A DNA stretch of 64,000 bases, from NCBI GenBank assembly GCA_011109175.1, contig RDEW01000002.1, positions 568,224 through 632,223 of the forward strand, written 5' to 3'. Every line of letters begins with the position of its first letter. The first letter of the stretch is position 1. The stretch is from Dicyema japonicum (lineage: Eukaryota; Animalia; Dicyemida). Below, piece after piece: positions 37,011 through 50,489 of this stretch. Both the position numbers and the translations under genes were made by a program. A model generated the notes under the pieces. It had not been told where the DNA came from and did no database searches. It saw nothing but the letters and a program-made list of their open reading frames with translations.

Positions 37011-38299
37011 GAAACCCTTAACTAAAAAACTTTACGTCGGATATTAAAGAACGAAACAATGACAAAAATAGATAAAATCGAAGGCTTAAAGACAATGCGA
37101 AGTTTTATGTAGTTGTCGACCAAATCAGAAAAATACCAAAGAAAACACTGACTTTACGAGATGAAGAAGAAAACATATTGCTAACCAACAAGAAATTGCA
37201 GAACTTAAAACGGACTATTTTGAAGCACAATTCGTATTAAAAATAGCAAAAAACTCACAATTAATACGGATCAGGGAAAATTAGACGAAGAAATAACTCT
37301 GGAAGAAGTGATGAATCAAGTTTCAAACCGAAAGACAATAAGAGTCCCAGTCCAGATGGCTTAAATGATGAATTTTTCAAATTTGGAACGCAAAAACTAT
37401 ACAAGATAATTGCCTGGATTCTAAACGAAACGTACAATAAAGGAGCACCTTGCCATTTGAGAAGGACTATTAATACCAATACAGAAACCAAACAAAAAAG
37501 CGGGAAAGTTGAGAACCTAAGACCAGTGGTCTAACCAACACATTAGCGGAAGATACTAGCAATATTACACTTCAAAGAACTCGTACCTGTCGGCTTATCA
37601 AGTGGCTTCACAAAGGAATCAACGTCAGATGTTATTTGGAGCCACAAATGGAGAAGTGCGACTGTTCAAAAATTTAAAATATCGACAACCATTCTTGAGA
37701 TTGATATGTCAAAGCCTTTGATTCCGTCAACAGGAACAAGCTGCTGCAAATATTAGAGCACTTCTTGGAGGGCTCGACAATTAGGATGGTCAGGACTGAG
37801 AAAGCTTTATCGAGGACATTTGAAACGACAATTTTTACCCCTTAAAAATATCCATTATCCCTGATTTTGTTTATTATTTATCTGGAGGCAGCTCTACAAG
37901 ACTTGAAGCTTCATATCGGAGAAGGAACGTGTATAATAGCATATGCAGATGATGTGGACTTTATTTCGAATAACAATGAAGAGATAATTGCACTTTTGGA
38001 GAAAATACCTGATAAATGGCTGAATGGTCACTAAAAGTAAGCACAAACAAAACCGAAATCACGGAGCTAAAAAGAAATGAGAAAAGGACCGAGGACCACT
38101 GGCGCAGATAAAAAAACTAGGATCTTATCTCGGTGACACCGAAGATATAACACGAAGGAAGACACTAACTAAAGTCGCTTTCAACAAAATGAAGAAAACC
38201 TGGCTTCTGCACAAAGGGCTTGACCCTAAAACTCGAATGAAACAATAAAATGCTTTAGTGAGTCCAATCCTATTATATAATGCCAATACATGGGCATGT

Positions 38300-39910
38300 T
38301 ATTATTATTATTTAAAGCACTCCGAGAAGTCATAAAATTAATCAAGCTCCCTTGTGCCGTATTTCTAGCCATCCTCTCTATCAGCCTTTTCCAGGACCTC
38401 TACTTCGTGCCAGTTCCCTTAAGGTATCTAGGTCGTCTGCGGAAGTGAGCTTCAGTCCCACAGCCGACAGGTCTCCATTCAAAATAGTTGGGAGTGTGAC
38501 TCTTGGTCTTCCACGGAAACCGGCTCCCGTATGCATTAGGTAGTTTTCCATGGCGATATTCGCGGGTACTTGAGCATTTAGACGTAAGATATGTCCAAAG
38601 AGACTCCATCTTGATCTGAAGATCTCCTCGGATAGTATACCAGAATTGCACTTCGAGTAGAGGTCATTGTTTGAGATCTTCTTAGGCCACTTGATCTTGA
38701 TTACTGATTTCAATTGTGTCCTGTGGAAAGCGTCAAGACGGTCCATCTCTTGTTTAGAGATTCCCCAAGTGCCTGAATTGTAGGTCAGGACGGGGATGAC
38801 AAAAGCCTTATATATTCTGAGTTTGGTGTTTAATCCCATCCTCTTCTTATGACCCCACATATTCGATACTTTCTTTAGTGCACACATTGCGAGGATTTTC
38901 CTCCGAGAAACATCTTCTGAGTCCCCGAGAAGCGAACCCACCTTCTTTTGCTTTCTCCAAGACTCGTCCGATCTTCGATCATTGCGTGTAAGTGTTGTGA
39001 ACTCTGTTTTATCGGTGTTAACGGTTAAGAACCATTTCGAGAATACGTGTGGAAGAACGTTAAGCATGTGTTGAAGTACTTGAATATCCTCAGAAACAAA
39101 GTCCAGGTCGTCCGCGTAGATTATCTCGTTATAATTGTTGCCAACCAGGGGTCTGAACTCTCTTAGTGCGGCCTCAAGGTAGACAATAAAGAGGACCGGG
39201 GATAGTGAGTCCCCCTGTGGAACTCCACGTGAGGTCGAAAAAAAGTTAGAGGTAGAGTCACCAATTTTGACGGCAAGTTGAGTGTTCCGCATGAGTAAGT
39301 GTATTATTTTGACATCGTCAGGCAGTAGAAAACTCTCCAACACTTCCATAAGTTTTCCACGGTCCACCGAGTCGAACGCACGGGACATGTCGATACCAAG
39401 TATCTCAATAGATTTTTTGTATTTTTGGCACAGGGCACAATACCACCTGTGCCCCCATACCACGTCAGCCGTGGACCTGCCCGTCCGGAATCCACTTTGG
39501 CCGTCCGAAAGAAATATGTTCACCCTCTCCTTTATTCGGTTTAAAGCAATGAGGGATAATGTTTTTCGTATGGAGGTTAGGAGTATAATAGGTCTGAAGT
39601 TGTGAGGGGGGCCTTTACTTTTTCCCGGTTTTTGTAGTGGAATTAGCCACCCTTTTCCCAGTTCCAGTTCATCTGCACCCTCGAGAGACCGGTTGAAAAT
39701 GTTAGTAATCATTTCAATTAGCTCCTCCGGGCCGTATTGTAAAAGTTCTGCAGTAATGAAGTCTGGTCCGGCAGATCTTCCGGAATTTAATTTTTTAATA
39801 GCTTGTTGAGTTTCGGATATGGTAATAGGGCTAGTTAGAGTGTACTTGTAAGACTTCCGAGATTTCATTGCTTGGTCAGCCGCGTCCTGTTTGTGAACAT
39901 AAGGTCAAAA
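38300..39910 (-). mobile_element. Young 5'-truncated RTE insertion with 12-bp TSD acatgggcatgt
   Basis: TSD copies at 38288-38299 and 39911-39922, a (TAA)n tail at about 38300-38312, and an uninterrupted RT ORF. Confidence 0.92.
38381..39868 (-). CDS. RTE reverse transcriptase (495 aa, N-terminally truncated)
   Basis: RPIILL, QSGFRTGRST, IDMSRAFDSV, GVPQGDSLSP, YADD, YNSGTW, LFGHILR. Confidence 0.95.
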   Translation of the reverse strand: MKSRKSYKYTLTSPITISETQQAIKKLNSGRSAGPDFITAELLQYGPEELIEMITNIFNRSLEGADELELGKGWLIPLQKPGKSKGPPHNFRPIILLTSIRKTLSLIALNRIKERVNIFLSDGQSGFRTGRSTADVVWGHRWYCALCQKYKKSIEILGIDMSRAFDSVDRGKLMEVLESFLLPDDVKIIHLLMRNTQLAVKIGDSTSNFFSTSRGVPQGDSLSPVLFIVYLEAALREFRPLVGNNYNEIIYADDLDFVSEDIQVLQHMLNVLPHVFSKWFLTVNTDKTEFTTLTRNDRRSDESWRKQKKVGSLLGDSEDVSRRKILAMCALKKVSNMWGHKKRMGLNTKLRIYKAFVIPVLTYNSGTWGISKQEMDRLDAFHRTQLKSVIKIKWPKKISNNDLYSKCNSGILSEEIFRSRWSLFGHILRLNAQVPANIAMENYLMHTGAGFRGRPRVTLPTILNGDLSAVGLKLTSADDLDTLRELARSRGPGKG

Positions 39911-40399
39911 ACATGGGCATGTACAAGGCAAAAACTCGAAAAGTTGAATTCTTTCCACAAAAATCATCTCCGAGCACTCCTTTCATCTCGGAGCTTTTTC
40001 AAAATGCCGTCCGAAATCTTATACAAGAGAAAAGGAACTGAGCCAATATCATGTGGTATTACTGATTCAAGATGGAGGCTGTTTGGACACATACTCCGCC
40101 ACGATATGGGGACCCTGCCAACATAGCAATGGAGGAGTATTTTATCTTAGAGGCTTCGGTTTTCTGCGGCCGGCCGAGGACAACATTGCCGGTAATCTTA
40201 GATAGAGATCTCAAGAGGATTGGGAAGTGTCTTAAAAATGGGGAAGATCTAGATATGCTACGGAACATATCAACGGATCGAAAAAGATGGGCGATGTTAA
40301 TTAGATTGTTAACTTTTGTGTTGCACATCCTTTGTCATGATCTTGCTTTTGCGTACATGCCTATAATAATAATGTGGCCTTATGTGGTACAACAATTCG

Positions 40400-42490
40400 A
40401 CAAATTTTGGAAACGCCCAGGGGTACCTAATTCCCACCCGGATAGGACCATTAGACCTTCTCCTCCTGAAGTCATCGTCGATCCCCGGAGGAATTCCTCA
40501 GACCACTGTGGAGAAAGAAAATTTGCTGCTCTCCAATGTGGAGAACATCAATGGGATTAAAAACAAGACCAAAAAACTCCGTTCAATCCTCACAAATCAG
40601 AAGATCAACGTGGCTATGATTCAAGAAACTAAACTCTGCATGAATGATCCTACTCCTTTATTCTCCGGCTACAAGTCTATTATAATGGACAGGAAACATA
40701 GAAAAGGCGAAGGCCTAATCACTCTATTCAGGAAGAATCTGAAATGCAAGGAAATCACTTCAGAAGTGAAACAGTGCATTGGGGATTATGAGGTTACTGA
40801 AGTAATTATCTCATTGGGTACAACAAATGGAATGTCGATGTCTTATAAACATCTACGTTCATTCCTAGCTCTCATCCCCATAGGCTATGATATTCCAAAT
40901 CTTTCAAAATTGACTACCTTCGATTAGTTCATCATCTACGGGGACCTGAATGTTAAGCATCCATTTTGGTTGTCTTCTCAACTCGCAGGCAAAAGAGGGA
41001 AATTACTACTTTCGCAAACATTTTGAACGATCTACCAAAAAAAAACACACCATTCAGAGAAACGGATCAGCTTACTTCACCTGACGTAACTCTCCGTTCT
41101 GCTTCACTTGCATCGAAGATTGCATGGTCAGTCTTATGCGAAACGAGAAGTGACCACAACCCAATTGTGATGAAGATCAAGAGAGAGACCAGTGTCAAGA
41201 AAATTCAAAGAAGCTACAATTATAAAAATGCTGACTGGGAAATGTACCAATTTATCACGGACAAGCTACTACAGGACTGTTACCTTGATAGTTTTCCTTC
41301 GTTGGACAAAGCGATCATAAGAGCAAGATCATACTCCATACCAAAATATTCACTAGATTCATATGGGAAGACGGTTTTGATTAAGAAAATCTTCTCAAAA
41401 AATCCAATCGGATTACAGCAAATAAGAAACTCCGGCTTAGAGCTTTAAACAACGAAATAAAGGCAAAACAACTAAAATCCTAGAGAGCGAGGTGGAACCG
41501 ATTATTTACAAAACTGGATCAAAATAGTTCCACCGGAGATTAATGGAAAGAAATTCGGAATGTGGCAACGGGTGATGAGGTATCATCTTTTGAAGACTAC
41601 ACTCAGAGAGATGTCAATAGGATGATAAAATTCTACTTCAAGATATCATTAAAAGATTACAAAAAGTCGGATGGGCCACCGTTATCACAAAAGATGCTTA
41701 AAAGGATGTCAGACACTATCTACTTCTCGGAGAAGGAAGTGAGGGAATCATTACTTTTCTCCAGAACAGCTTATTCCCACGGCCCGGATAACATCCCGAT
41801 GATCCTGTTAAAGAAAATTGGAGATGGAGGAATCGCCTTCCTTGCTGCCATCTTCAACTTTTAAGGTTAATCAAAACGTACTACCATCAATTTGGAAGCA
41901 GGCGTACATTCGCCCTATTCTCAGGGAAACCAAAGGGGACCCAGCGTAATTTAGACCTGTGTCCCTACTCTGCTCAATATCAAAATCCTGAAAAAATATT
42001 CAATCGGAGATCCCAAGAAAACTCAAACTCTGGATTACCAACTTTTCTGAGTGGACGAGAGGACGTGTATCTCGGAGGCCTGAAATTCGTTTCATGTCTA
42101 CTTCCTAACGGAATTCCACAAGGATCCCCGTTATCTCCAGCATTATTTAACTTATTTTTGTTCGACTCCGGAATCCGAAAACGATGTTCTTCTCTCTATA
42201 CAGATGATATTGTTTTGGCTTCAAGAGACCGGAATATTCAGAATGCCACAGAGAGGATCCAAAATAACTTGGATTGTCTAAACGTTTGGATAATAGAAAA
42301 CCGGCTTAGGATGAGTGCACAAAAGTCAATCACTTCCCTTTTCACCTCGGACAAAAGATTGGGAAGAAGGACAGTAACCTTGAAGGTAGACAAAGACGAT
42401 ATTTCCCTTTCAACAGATGTCAGAGGATATTGGGAGCAAATAGATGTGCTAAATTTACTTGATTTTTTCATACTTATGGTAGAAAATTTA
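40400..42490 (+). mobile_element. Non-LTR family A element, APE + RT, decayed
   Basis: LLLSNVE|NINGIKNK..AMIQETKL, GDLNVKH, SDHNPI, SHGPDNIP and NGIPQGSPLSPALFNLFL. Confidence 0.85.
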
Positions 42491-42499
42491 TAGAGCGCC

Positions 42500-42750
42500 C
42501 CAAAACAGAGTTTTCCCAAAAATAGAGGAGCTCCACTTCGGAGGTGCGCCCCAAATAAAGGTGAGTTGTAAAGGCTGACTCTTGTATCCACATCGAGCCC
42601 TTTACCGGCTAACCAAGGTTTTCTTGATTCCATCAGTTTTCTCAGGCAGGTTCGATTCTGGTTGCTAAAAATATCCTGGAGCTTCCTACCTACTCTAATT
42701 GTCGTAGATAACCCTTGTGGTATTTTGTTGCAATATTTTTCCCACATAAT
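42500..42750 (-). mobile_element. RTE-like post-RT fragment
   Basis: WLAGKGLDVDTRVSLYNS resembles the RTE TR..LY motif. Confidence 0.45.
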
Positions 42751-42879
42751 TACTATTAAAATAACGAGTACTTTAGTAACCAGCCAACTGCCCTATCTCG
42801 TTTGCAAAAAAGTCATAAAGCTTATACAGGGTTGGCATGCAGATTATCGGTCGATAATCAATCGAACTTTACATTAAAT

Positions 42880-43800
42880 GTTTTAAATAAATTATTAGGC
42901 ACGATTGCCAATTTTAATATACACTACAGCTCTTAGGCCCGATAATCCTTTGGTAAAGCTGACCATTCTATTGGGATTAGAAATCCTGCTCCTGTTGCAG
43001 TTGTGTAATGGAACGTTCCTTTATGAGTGGAATATTGGGAATTGAAAAGTTTTCTACTGGGAAACTTTCGGGAAAGCTAACGATCCACGGTTTGTAAAAA
43101 AGGAGTCGAATTACTATTAGTGAAAGTCGTAATGTTTGAAAGACGAGAAGCTCAGCTCAATCTCTTGTTAGATTGGGGGTAAATATTGGTATTTTTGTCA
43201 TATGTGCCGAGTGGAATAGGAAACCAGAGATCTAATGTTACAGATGCAAAATAATTCAGACACATAACTCGTCTGTGTAAGAATCCAGCTAAGTGATTGC
43301 TGTGTTCGGGTCCCCACTCTAAGGCAGAATTTATAGTTTGTGTGACTGAAGTAAAAAAAATGTGTGAACAGTGGTACTATGGATCATTTATTAAATGATT
43401 GGGGTTTCTCAGTGGGCAATCGAAGCCAGAAGACTTAAAGAAAAAAAAATTTATGAAAAAGTTATTAAAATTGTCCCTGAAAAGAGAATTACAAAAATGG
43501 TGAAATAAGTCCCGGTCAGAATATACTGTCTGGAAGAGGAAAAGTTGATAGAGAAATGGTTGAAATTAGCATACAGACAAGTGGGTTAATGAGTAGTGCG
43601 TCTGATTATATTGTTAATAGTGATAGAAATTCTTTTGTTAATGTCTGTAATCGGTTGGAGAACAGAATAAAGATTCAGAACCAAATTATATTTGATATGA
43701 TGACGCCCTTAAAAATAAGAGGTTAAGAAAACAAGAAAGATACCAAATTATATTTGATATGGTGACGCCCTTAAAATAAGAGATTAACCGCCTGTTAAGT
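42880..43800 (+). mobile_element. Jockey/I-like LINE 5' part (ORF1), copy 2
   Basis: Near-colinear with 25430-26530. Confidence 0.75.
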
Positions 43801-44187
43801 CTGAAGTAACCAGGATCAGTAATGAAACGATGTGGGCATCACCCTTCTTAACCGACTTACGATGTCTCTGTCCCTTTTGCAACATCTAAAAGTTACAACA
43901 AATCACCTATTTGAATGTCACAATTAGCAAAACGTTCATCACCAATGCAGGACTGACCAATCTATCGAGTGACTGGCATCTGCTGCGTCCTATTTAGTAG
44001 CTGCTGGCCTCCTACAAGTTTTTAGGCCGGGGTTACTTAACTAACTAAAGCAGAGAACAGAATAATAAATTAATTCACTGAGGACAAATTAGATTGTTAA
44101 TGAGAATCTAATATTTTATAATGACTGACTATTAGTTATTTTATTTAAGAAATCTATAAACTAATGTTAGTAATGTTAGTTTATCAA

Positions 44188-44967
44188 TTAGCAGACGTCG
44201 CAACTCTTTCTGCATCTGTGCATCCATGAGTTTGAACACTTTTTCCCTTGAACTGATTTACAATAATCTGCATAGTTCTCGCATACTTCAATTTATTTTG
44301 CTAATTACCATCACAACTTCCACACGTCTTTTTGCATGTCATTAATCTTGCCACGTGGTCAGAGTTGCAGTCAATTTTCCCGCAGTATTCAGCAGTTGCA
44401 TAGTCAGTGCATTCTAAAATATGCCATTAATCCACCATGGACATCTCCCCATTATCAGTCCGGCACAATTCGTTACAACTTTTTTTACAGTACTTACGAA
44501 CACTTTCTTCAATTTTGCAATGTCCCATTACTGCCCAATTATGACATGAAGAGTGGTCATCATTACATTCTATATTATAAATACGTTATTTACTTAAATC
44601 GTAATATCGTCGATTTTATTTTCGGCGTTGTATCTTCTACATTCTTTTCTTCATCGTCACCTAGCGTTTCATTAAAGCTTACTTCATCTTGGTCCTCATT
44701 CGCGCCCAAATCATCATCGTCTTCTGCGTTTAGTTCATCATCTTAATCGTCATCTATTTTAGAGTCTTAACTACCTTCTTCACCGCTTTTCAAACTTCAG
44801 ATTCTTCACTCCCTTCTCCTGGTACATCATCATATTCAATATCATCCTCCAATTCATCAGGAATACCTTTACAATTTAGTAATAAACCTACTTTTTTGCA
44901 TATCCAACATTGAATAATGCCTAAAACAATAAGTAACAACTACCAGTAATATAAAAGCAGTAATCAT
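44188..44967 (-). pseudogene. Paralog of the triple-ShKT secreted protein, probably pseudogenised
   Basis: Same six-exon layout and ShKT exons. The acidic exon has two TAA codons (44743-45 and 44767-69) where copy 1 has TCA, plus a shorter acidic tract and indels. Confidence 0.8.
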
Positions 44968-45344
44968 CAGTACTTCAATAACAAATAATACTATATATCA
45001 CAAATATACCACATGTTATTCATTGGTTAATTATAAACAAATGGTGTATACAATTGTAACAGGTATTAATCAAACTTTTTTTAATATAACTAATGTTACA
45101 CAAAAATGATCAATTGCTCTCCTCCATTCCTATAACTGCAAAGACTAGATGTTTTTCCCCATTTATATTTTCTTGATGGACTTGTCTGATATTGTAAGAT
45201 CCTTTTGTGTGACATGGACCTTAATATATTTAACTATAACTTTTTTCTCTATTAAACTATTAAATTAACATCACGTTAAAATAAATCGGTTTGTATTTTT
45301 TAAAAAAATACTAAATTAATGTCGATTAATCAAAATTTACATGT

Positions 45345-45690
45345 TTATTATTATTACCCCCAGGATCATGGGTCGAAGAGAAAGAAATAAAAGTTCTTCT
45401 CTAAGTGATCCCAGACCGACAAGGAGAAGACGAGTCTGGCGGGATCGAGAATCCTACAGCTCTTCTCATTGGACATGACATCGGCTCAAAGTTTCTGTAT
45501 GATTGTAGATATTTTGATAGTGTATGGAATAGATGGCAGCTCGGTAAACTAGCTTTCTTTAAGAGCTTCCGTTGTAATTCGATTAAGAAATTTTCAATGG
45601 GCTAGATTTTGTGTTCTGTCCAATTAACCTTATTGCAGTCTCCTCGATTGCCGATAGTTTCAATGAAAGGATCGTGAAATCTGCATTATT
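45345..45690 (-). mobile_element. LINE family B 3' end
   Basis: Homologous to 34983-35330. Confidence 0.75.
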
Positions 45691-47119
45691 ACAAATGAAA
45701 GTACAGCTAAACAGGTTCAAATTAAATGGTTATTAAATGATGTTTATTTGATTTGTTATTTAATGTAAGTTCCCATTTATTAAGTTATTGTAGCATAATA
45801 TATCTCGATTCTTCGTCACAAACTTATTCAGACACTTGACTTGAAGTAGTACAGCTGGTCTTTGAGATATTATTGAACCCTGAAGAGTCTGACAAAATTA
45901 AGACTATTTTAGTTGAAATTCAACCCTGTCATATTACAGCTATTCCAGTTTCTTAACTTTGTGATTTTTTAATAGAAAATTTTTATAATTCTAGTTTTAT
46001 CCCTTTGATATAGATAACATAAGCACTAATTAAATGTATTTAGTTCACACATGTATAGAAACAAGTTCTTCAAGAACACAGTTAATCCAGAATCATAAGA
46101 AGGATAGAAAACATTTAGTAATTGTAGTTTTAAAAACCTATATGAAGAATGCCTAAACATGCTTGAGCTACGGCGTATCATAGCTGTGGAAATCCGGTCC
46201 CCACCCCTTTTACGATGTAAGCACTTATTTGACTAACGGATACAGCAAAAGCGATATTTTCATCTTGGCAAAAATCATAAAATATAGAGTAAAGCGACCT
46301 TCTCCTGATACTATCCATCAGGGATAGTCCTTGATAGAGCTAAGGCTTACTCTGGTAGGTCATCTTGTACTTGAAAATAAGGAATCCTACAATTGTGGCA
46401 TAGGCGTTTTTTATCCGTAGGATTCCATCGTGTCTGAGACAAATGCTGGATTTTCTTTCCAAATCAGCCAGGAATTGAATACAACATACATTCACTTTTA
46501 TGAGAAATTGAAACAAATCCTTTCCCAAAATTAACAAAATTAATATAAAATCTTTGTTAGAAGGCTTTAAATGTAATTTATACTCTGTTAAAATACGCCA
46601 ATTTCAACATCAATAGAGTCTAATTCAGTGCTTCCTGATTCGTTTTGAGTTCGCACCCCAAAAAAATTTTAACAACCAACCCCGCACACCCGATTTTAAA
46701 TCAACAGAATTCGAATTTTATCAAAAAAATTAATTAGGCTCCTTGAGACTTTTCCTGTCTTTTAGTTTTAATTAATTCTTCGAAACGTAGTTTTTTTGTT
46801 TGCTAATTCAATTCGTTTCAGGGTTAAGAGCGTTTCAGTACTTATTATATATGGCCTATACAGACACGTCTTATTTTCCGGAAAGAAAATTGGCTATCCA
46901 TCTTTTCAAAGCCGGCTGAATGGTGGTGTCAAAAACCTTTCTCGTGAGTAATGTTCTCGGAACAGAATCGAACGCCTTCTGGATGTCCAGGGAGACCAAT
47001 ATTGTCCGTAGATTCGAGTTTTTTATTTCTAACATTGAATAAGAAATTACTAAAAAATATAAATGTATTTAAATTCTCTTGTTATACATTTTATTTGATG
47101 ATCATTTGCATATATGTAA

Positions 47120-47420
47120 AAGTAATTATGATTTCTAAAATAATTTCTCGCACTCCTAGGGGGTGAATATAGTAATTATAGAGGGACAAGTCAGGCTCGT
47201 TGATTGCTTTAAATAGATTTGCAGCATTGAGCTTCGTATCCACCAATCTCACGGTCATAATTTTCACGTTTTTCGCGATCGTTCTCAAAACATCCTGCTT
47301 CATGACGTTGCTGGCGCAATCTTATAAAACTCCGAGGTAGCGATATCCTTCATGTCCATCCAGAAATTTTACAGCCTTCATACACTCCAGATTATTGGTT
47401 GAGCTGGTGACGACGCCTCT
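47120..47420 (-). mobile_element. R4/NeSL-like (RLE-type) retrotransposon fragment
   Basis: FLDGHEGYRYLGVL..IAKNVKIMTVRLVDTKLNAANLFKAIN matches the YKYLG..KLN..N.IKAIN region of these clades. Confidence 0.6.
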
Positions 47421-47432
47421 ATTGCACTATGT

Positions 47433-47867
47433 TTTATTCGTATTCCTTACCGACTTCTCCGTTCACTTTGGGATCTTTTAATTGCAGAAGACTTAAACAA
47501 CCTTACAAGAAACACCAACTGACATGCGATCTAACAAAATATGACATCTCTGTCTGCTGTCTACAAGAGACAAAAACGACCGTACAATGAACAAACTGTT
47601 TGCAGATCCACCTTTTTACCCTCCCACCGGTCTGCCAACATATAGTTTCGGATTTTCATTCCATCAGGATCTGATTTGCTGTGTTACAATAGTGTTGGCA
47701 GTATCTGACATTATAATGGAAATGGCGGACACCTGGACTACTAGAGAACTAGCGCGCAACGGAAGATCATGTCGGAGCTGACAGAGAGGATGATTCGGAA
47801 TACGGCACAAGGGAAACTTAACTAATTTTATGTTTTCTCGGGAGTGTTTTTTAATAATAATAATAAA
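47433..47867 (+). mobile_element. Internally deleted RTE element, copy 2
   Basis: Reverse complement of 674-1111 with the same APE/3'-end junction (..gtatctgac|attataatggaaatggcggac..). Confidence 0.8.
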
Positions 47868-47924
47868 CTCCAGATTAGTGGCAGACTAATTCCTCCTAAG
47901 ACGGACCACACTGAAATATTCATT

Positions 47925-50160
47925 TTTTTATTTAACCCCAAGACCACAAGGAAAGATAGGTAAAAACTAACTAATTAGGTGATCCCAGCCTCCAACAACA
48001 TCCGAACTCTCTTCATTTGGTCTTCTGATGATCCAACCGCATTCCAGAAGCGCTTCTCTTCATTCTGCAAAGGAATTCAATCGGCGTGCACTTTTTTATT
48101 ACTGACGAAATTCCTCTGCATGGCCATCTTTTTCCTTGAGTCGGTTTCCCAGTTTTGCAGAAACGTAGAAACCCTGGCCATTTTCAACGTTGCCTCATCA
48201 GAAACGAGGCCGCCAATGGGGATGTCCGTGTATGCATAATTTTCCGCCTGAGGAGTTCAAACGGTCCACCCTCGAAGAGGGAATCGCAAATCTCCAGGCG
48301 GAAGCAGGTATATTCAATGGTAGGTACGATGACTTGTTGATAGACTTGCTGACGCAAGCAGCAGGGGAAAGGGCTCTTCTTTAGCTTCGCATTCTAAATG
48401 TTCCATTTCCGAAGACCCTTAGCAAGCACCTCCTCCACGTGACTCGAGAGCGTCAACAGAGAGTCGAAAACTACACCAAGGATCTTCTGGGTCCGCGTAG
48501 AAGGATGGGAATGTTTCCGAGGGATCTCTCAAGCCCACCTTTAAACCTTCTGTCCGTAGTAATAACGTGAACTGAGACTTGGATACTGATACACATAACA
48601 TATATGCAGATAGCCAGTCACAAATTCGGTTTAGGTGTGTCTGAACAGTTGCTACAGCCATGGAAGGAGATTTATCTTTTGCAGCGATAATTAGGTCGTC
48701 CTCATAGGATAAAAACATAGTGTCCTGGTCATTGATAGTAGGTAGGTGATGTAGAAATAGTTGAAAAGAGAGGAGATAAAGGGGAGCCTTGGGACCCATT
48801 GGGAGTAGTCTTGATTTTGAAGTGGTTTTGTCAACCCGGACCCTTCCGCGTCGTCCAGTTAAGAAGTTTTCCAGCCATAGCTTGATGTTTAAGTGGTAAG
48901 TTCGAATTAAAAATCTTGTGCGTTAGAAGTTTCCTCGGAACAGAATCAAAGGCCTTCTGTATGTCGATGGATACTAAGGATGTCCGTAAGTGTGTTCTCA
49001 TGTTGAAGCCGTCAGTAATAAACTGGGAAATAGAACTCAAATGAGTCGTTGTAAACGGTCTGCCCTGAAACCATGTTGAAACTCTCGTAGACGTAGAACA
49101 GGAGAAATGCGCACTAACACAAGCTTTTCCAGTACTTTTGATAAAACACAAGTTATTAGATGGGGCGATAAAGAGAGGGAACGTCTTTTGGTTTTCTAGG
49201 CTTTAGAATTGGCGTAATTAGGGAGTTTTTCCATATTTTAGGTAGCGTATGGTAGTTTATAGAGTCGTTGTACAATCTTGATAGTATGCCCCGTGCCTGA
49301 GGTCCAAGGTGTTTGAGGTAAATAGTGCAAATACCGTCGGGACCACAAGCAAGAGTGGGACGTAGCAATTTAATAGCCTTGTTAATATCATGGGGTGAAG
49401 AAAATGGAATACGGTTCTTGCTGCAGCCGGCGCCGTTCAACATTTGTAGAACGAGAAAAATCTTTATGGCTATCGATACGTAGTACTTCATAATCTTGTT
49501 TGCGTGCGGGTTCTGAAGCGTTGCAGGTAACGGCCTCGGTTCCGTAGTCCTCCTCATTGATAAGGCTATTGATCCTTCTTAGCGTTTTCCAAAATGTGAC
49601 ACAAGTTTTGTGACATTGTCGTCTAACTAGGGGCTCCATTTGAGTCTGTTGTTAGTTCGGATAAGTTCAGATAATTTGTATTCAGTGAACGTATGGAGTA
49701 GAAGAGTTATTGGTCAGCGTCCTTTTTTCTTCAGCGCATCTCGCTTCTTGATGAGTGACACTATTTGAGATGATAATCTTTGATTGAACTTCTTGTAAGA
49801 GGCGACAGGTATAAATAGTTTATCAGCTTTCAAGAATGATAGCAGACAGAATCTTGGGCCGTCTTTCTACTGTACAATTAGCCATAGTAAAGTCAAGGAA
49901 CTATTGTCCACATACGCCCTGAAACCTTGCCAGTCAGCTTTCAAGTAATTTTTGAACTTTGTAGAACAACACGGTGAACAAATAGGCCTTCTAGTCTCAA
50001 CACAATGGGGTTATGGTCGCTTGAGAAACCATAACGAACATTCCAAGAAATACATCCAGCCATAGAAGGAGAGCAGAGGTAAAGGTCCGGGGATGTTGGA
50101 CTATCCTTCGGAGAATTTTCTCGTAGCGTCATGTGGTTCACCTTTTGTGGTGGCGCTCAG
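47925..50160 (-). mobile_element. Non-LTR family A-like element (APE C-terminus, RT, 3' end)
   Basis: TSPDL..SSDHNPIVL, ACGPDGI..YLKHLG, YRPI, SIDIQKAFDSVPRK and YEDDLII. The 5' end is cut by the MULE. Confidence 0.85.
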
Positions 50161-50489
50161 TGTAATAATACGGAGTGCGGAAAAAAGTCAAGCGGGTCGG
50201 AAAAAAAAGTCAATAGTCTTTTTTTAGTTTATATCGCATTTTTGTAATACTACTAGCATCTTTTAATTTTTAAAATTTTTCAATACTTGACTTTTTTCCG
50301 CTTGACTTTTTTTCCATTTTTGAAAATTTTTCCCTTATAAATTTTCGAAATTTAGCGCAAAACGGAAAAAAAGTCAAGTCCGCTAACGAAATCACGGACT
50401 TGACTTTTTTTCCGCTTTGGTATAATCGCTTTGACTAAATCAATTTAAGAATTTCAAGGTAATAATAAAATTTATTTATTATCAAATGA

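Larger units (their letters stand above)
37030..40373 (+). mobile_element. Old decayed RTE element split by a younger RTE (parts about 37030-38299 and 39911-40373)
   Basis: RT remnants (LFIIYLEAAL..AYADDVDFI..KLGSYLGD) stop at ..NTWAC and resume as KTWACTRQKLEKLNSFHK..RWRLFGHILR..GRPRTTLP after the insertion. Confidence 0.85.

Noticed and set aside
44743-44769. TAA reassignment (non-standard genetic code) suggested by in-frame TAA in ShKT copy 2
   Set aside because: The paralog has TCA at both sites, and DNAJB9, ShKT copy 1 and the sterol reductase end in TAA or TAG at the expected positions.
50175-50440. CRISPR-like array of repeated GGAAAAAAAGTCAAG units
   Set aside because: Spacing is irregular, both orientations occur, there are no unique spacers or cas genes, and the units are subrepeats of the MULE TIR in a eukaryotic context.
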